DNA from: Bacteroidales bacterium
Lineage (GTDB): Bacteria > Bacteroidota > Bacteroidia > Bacteroidales > WCHB1-69
DNA length: 64,000 bases
Assembly: GCA_024686335.1 (NCBI GenBank)
Contig: JAILCI010000012.1
Coordinates: 71,979 to 135,978 of the forward strand
Direction of reading: 5' to 3'
Below, one piece after another: positions 63,135 through 64,000 of this stretch. The translations under genes and the position numbers were made by a program. How positions within the stretch are numbered: position 1 is the first letter of the stretch; every line of letters begins with the position of its first letter. The notes beneath the pieces were generated by a model that ran no database searches, was not told the origin of the DNA, and worked only from the letters and a program-made list of their open reading frames with translations.

Positions 63135-63959
63135 TTATTTCTTTCTTCTTTCAATGATATACTGATTGGAGTTCTTCTTCGGACGTCTGGTCTTATAACC
63201 CTTAGAAGGCATACCGTTACGAGAACGAGGATGACCACCGGAAGCACGACCTTCACCACCACCCATCGGGTGATCGACAGGGTTCATAACGACACCACGG
63301 TTACGAGGACGTCTGCCTAACCAGCGGCTTCTACCGGCCTTACCGGAAACCTCGAGGCTGTGGTCGACGTTGGAAACGATACCGATGGTAGCCTTGCATG
63401 CGCAGAGGATCATACGGGTTTCGCCAGAGGGCAGTTTGATAACGGCATAACGGCCGTCACGAGACATCAGTTGAGCGTAGGAACCGGCGCTACGGGCGAT
63501 CTTGGCACCCTGACCAGGTCTCATCTCGATGTTATGGATAATGGAGCCGAAGGGGATCTCACCGATAGGAAGGCAGTTGCCCAAATCGGGAGCTACGCCG
63601 GAACCGCTGTTGATCACTTGACCAACCTTGATGCCGTGAGGAGCTACGATGTAGCGTTTCTCGCCGTCTGCATAGAAAAGCAGAGCGATACGGGCAGAAC
63701 GGTTGGGATCGTATTCGATCGTCTTGACCGTTGCGGGAACTCCGTCTTTATCACGTTTGAAATCAATGATACGATACATCTTCTTGTGACCGCCTCCGCG
63801 ATACCGTATCGTCATCTTACCACTGTTGTTTCTTCCGCCTGTCTCATGTCTGGGACTCAACAAACTCTTCTCAGGTCTGTTGGTGGTAATGTCATCAAAT
63901 GCGCTGATTACTTTATAGCGCTGACCCGGCGTTACTGGTTTGTACTTTTTTAATGCCAT
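63135..63959 (-). CDS. rplB: 50S ribosomal protein L2
   Basis: 274 aa with 'GRNN.GK.T.R.RGGGHK', '[14 protein letters not shown]', and 'RSRNG..SKG.KTR', canonical L2. Confidence 0.95.
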   Translation of the reverse strand: MALKKYKPVTPGQRYKVISAFDDITTNRPEKSLLSPRHETGGRNNSGKMTIRYRGGGHKKMYRIIDFKRDKDGVPATVKTIEYDPNRSARIALLFYADGEKRYIVAPHGIKVGQVINSGSGVAPDLGNCLPIGEIPFGSIIHNIEMRPGQGAKIARSAGSYAQLMSRDGRYAVIKLPSGETRMILCACKATIGIVSNVDHSLEVSGKAGRSRWLGRRPRNRGVVMNPVDHPMGGGEGRASGGHPRSRNGMPSKGYKTRRPKKNSNQYIIERRKK

Positions 63960-63964
63960 CTCTC

Positions 63965-64000
63965 TTAAATGTTACTGTAAAAATCAATTTTTTGTTCTTT
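63965..64000 (-). CDS. rplW: 50S ribosomal protein L23, 3'-terminal 11 codons only (gene continues beyond the window)
   Basis: The minus frame reads [11 protein letters not shown]-stop, ending 5 nt before the rplB ATG. The '..IDFYSNI' C-terminus and the position upstream of rplB fit L23. Confidence 0.55.
   Translation of the reverse strand, partial: KEQKIDFYSNI

Noticed and set aside
63360-63953. A 197-aa plus-strand ORF antisense to rplB.
   Set aside because: rplB is unambiguous, and long antisense ORFs are typical opposite GC-rich, highly conserved ribosomal genes.

Overview
This 64-kb chromosomal window reads as a Bacteroidales (Prevotella-like) genome. Supporting signs are mid-40s % G+C by eye, TAnnTTTG -7 boxes about 20-40 nt upstream of many start codons, T9SS C-terminal sorting domains, gldH, TonB-dependent receptors and a FISUMP domain. 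I count about 46 protein genes and one tRNA-Leu(UAG). I saw no rRNA, CRISPR array, transposase, integrase or phage genes.

Most content is housekeeping: recO, rbfA, tsaC, rplW-rplB-rpsS, a GH57/GT4/debranching glycogen operon, a Na/Pi transporter, an S41 protease, an ABC exporter and a C69 dipeptidase.

Items worth a second look:
1. A 9.4-kb gene encodes a 3,139-aa mosaic surface protein. It combines Listeria-Bacteroides repeats, Cys-paired Ig/HYR-like modules, five near-identical 168-bp tandem repeats, MBG-like units and a C-terminal FISUMP domain. It has no T9SS tail and no lipobox. It sits next to the tRNA, behind an AT-rich 400-bp leader.
2. An orphan GC-rich, hairpin-dense ~460-nt intergenic island lies exactly where the S10 ribosomal operon stops prematurely after rpsS.
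3. A TonB-receptor / HMA / FMN-binding (DxxSGAT flavinylation motif) / 2x DUF4230 / DUF3298 cluster.
4. An HdrA/HdrB-like pair heads the glycogen operon.
5. A ComEA-like HhH domain is fused to a putative outer-membrane barrel.

All family calls come from motif recognition by eye. No searches, alignments or folding programs were run. Sub-domain coordinates are approximate.
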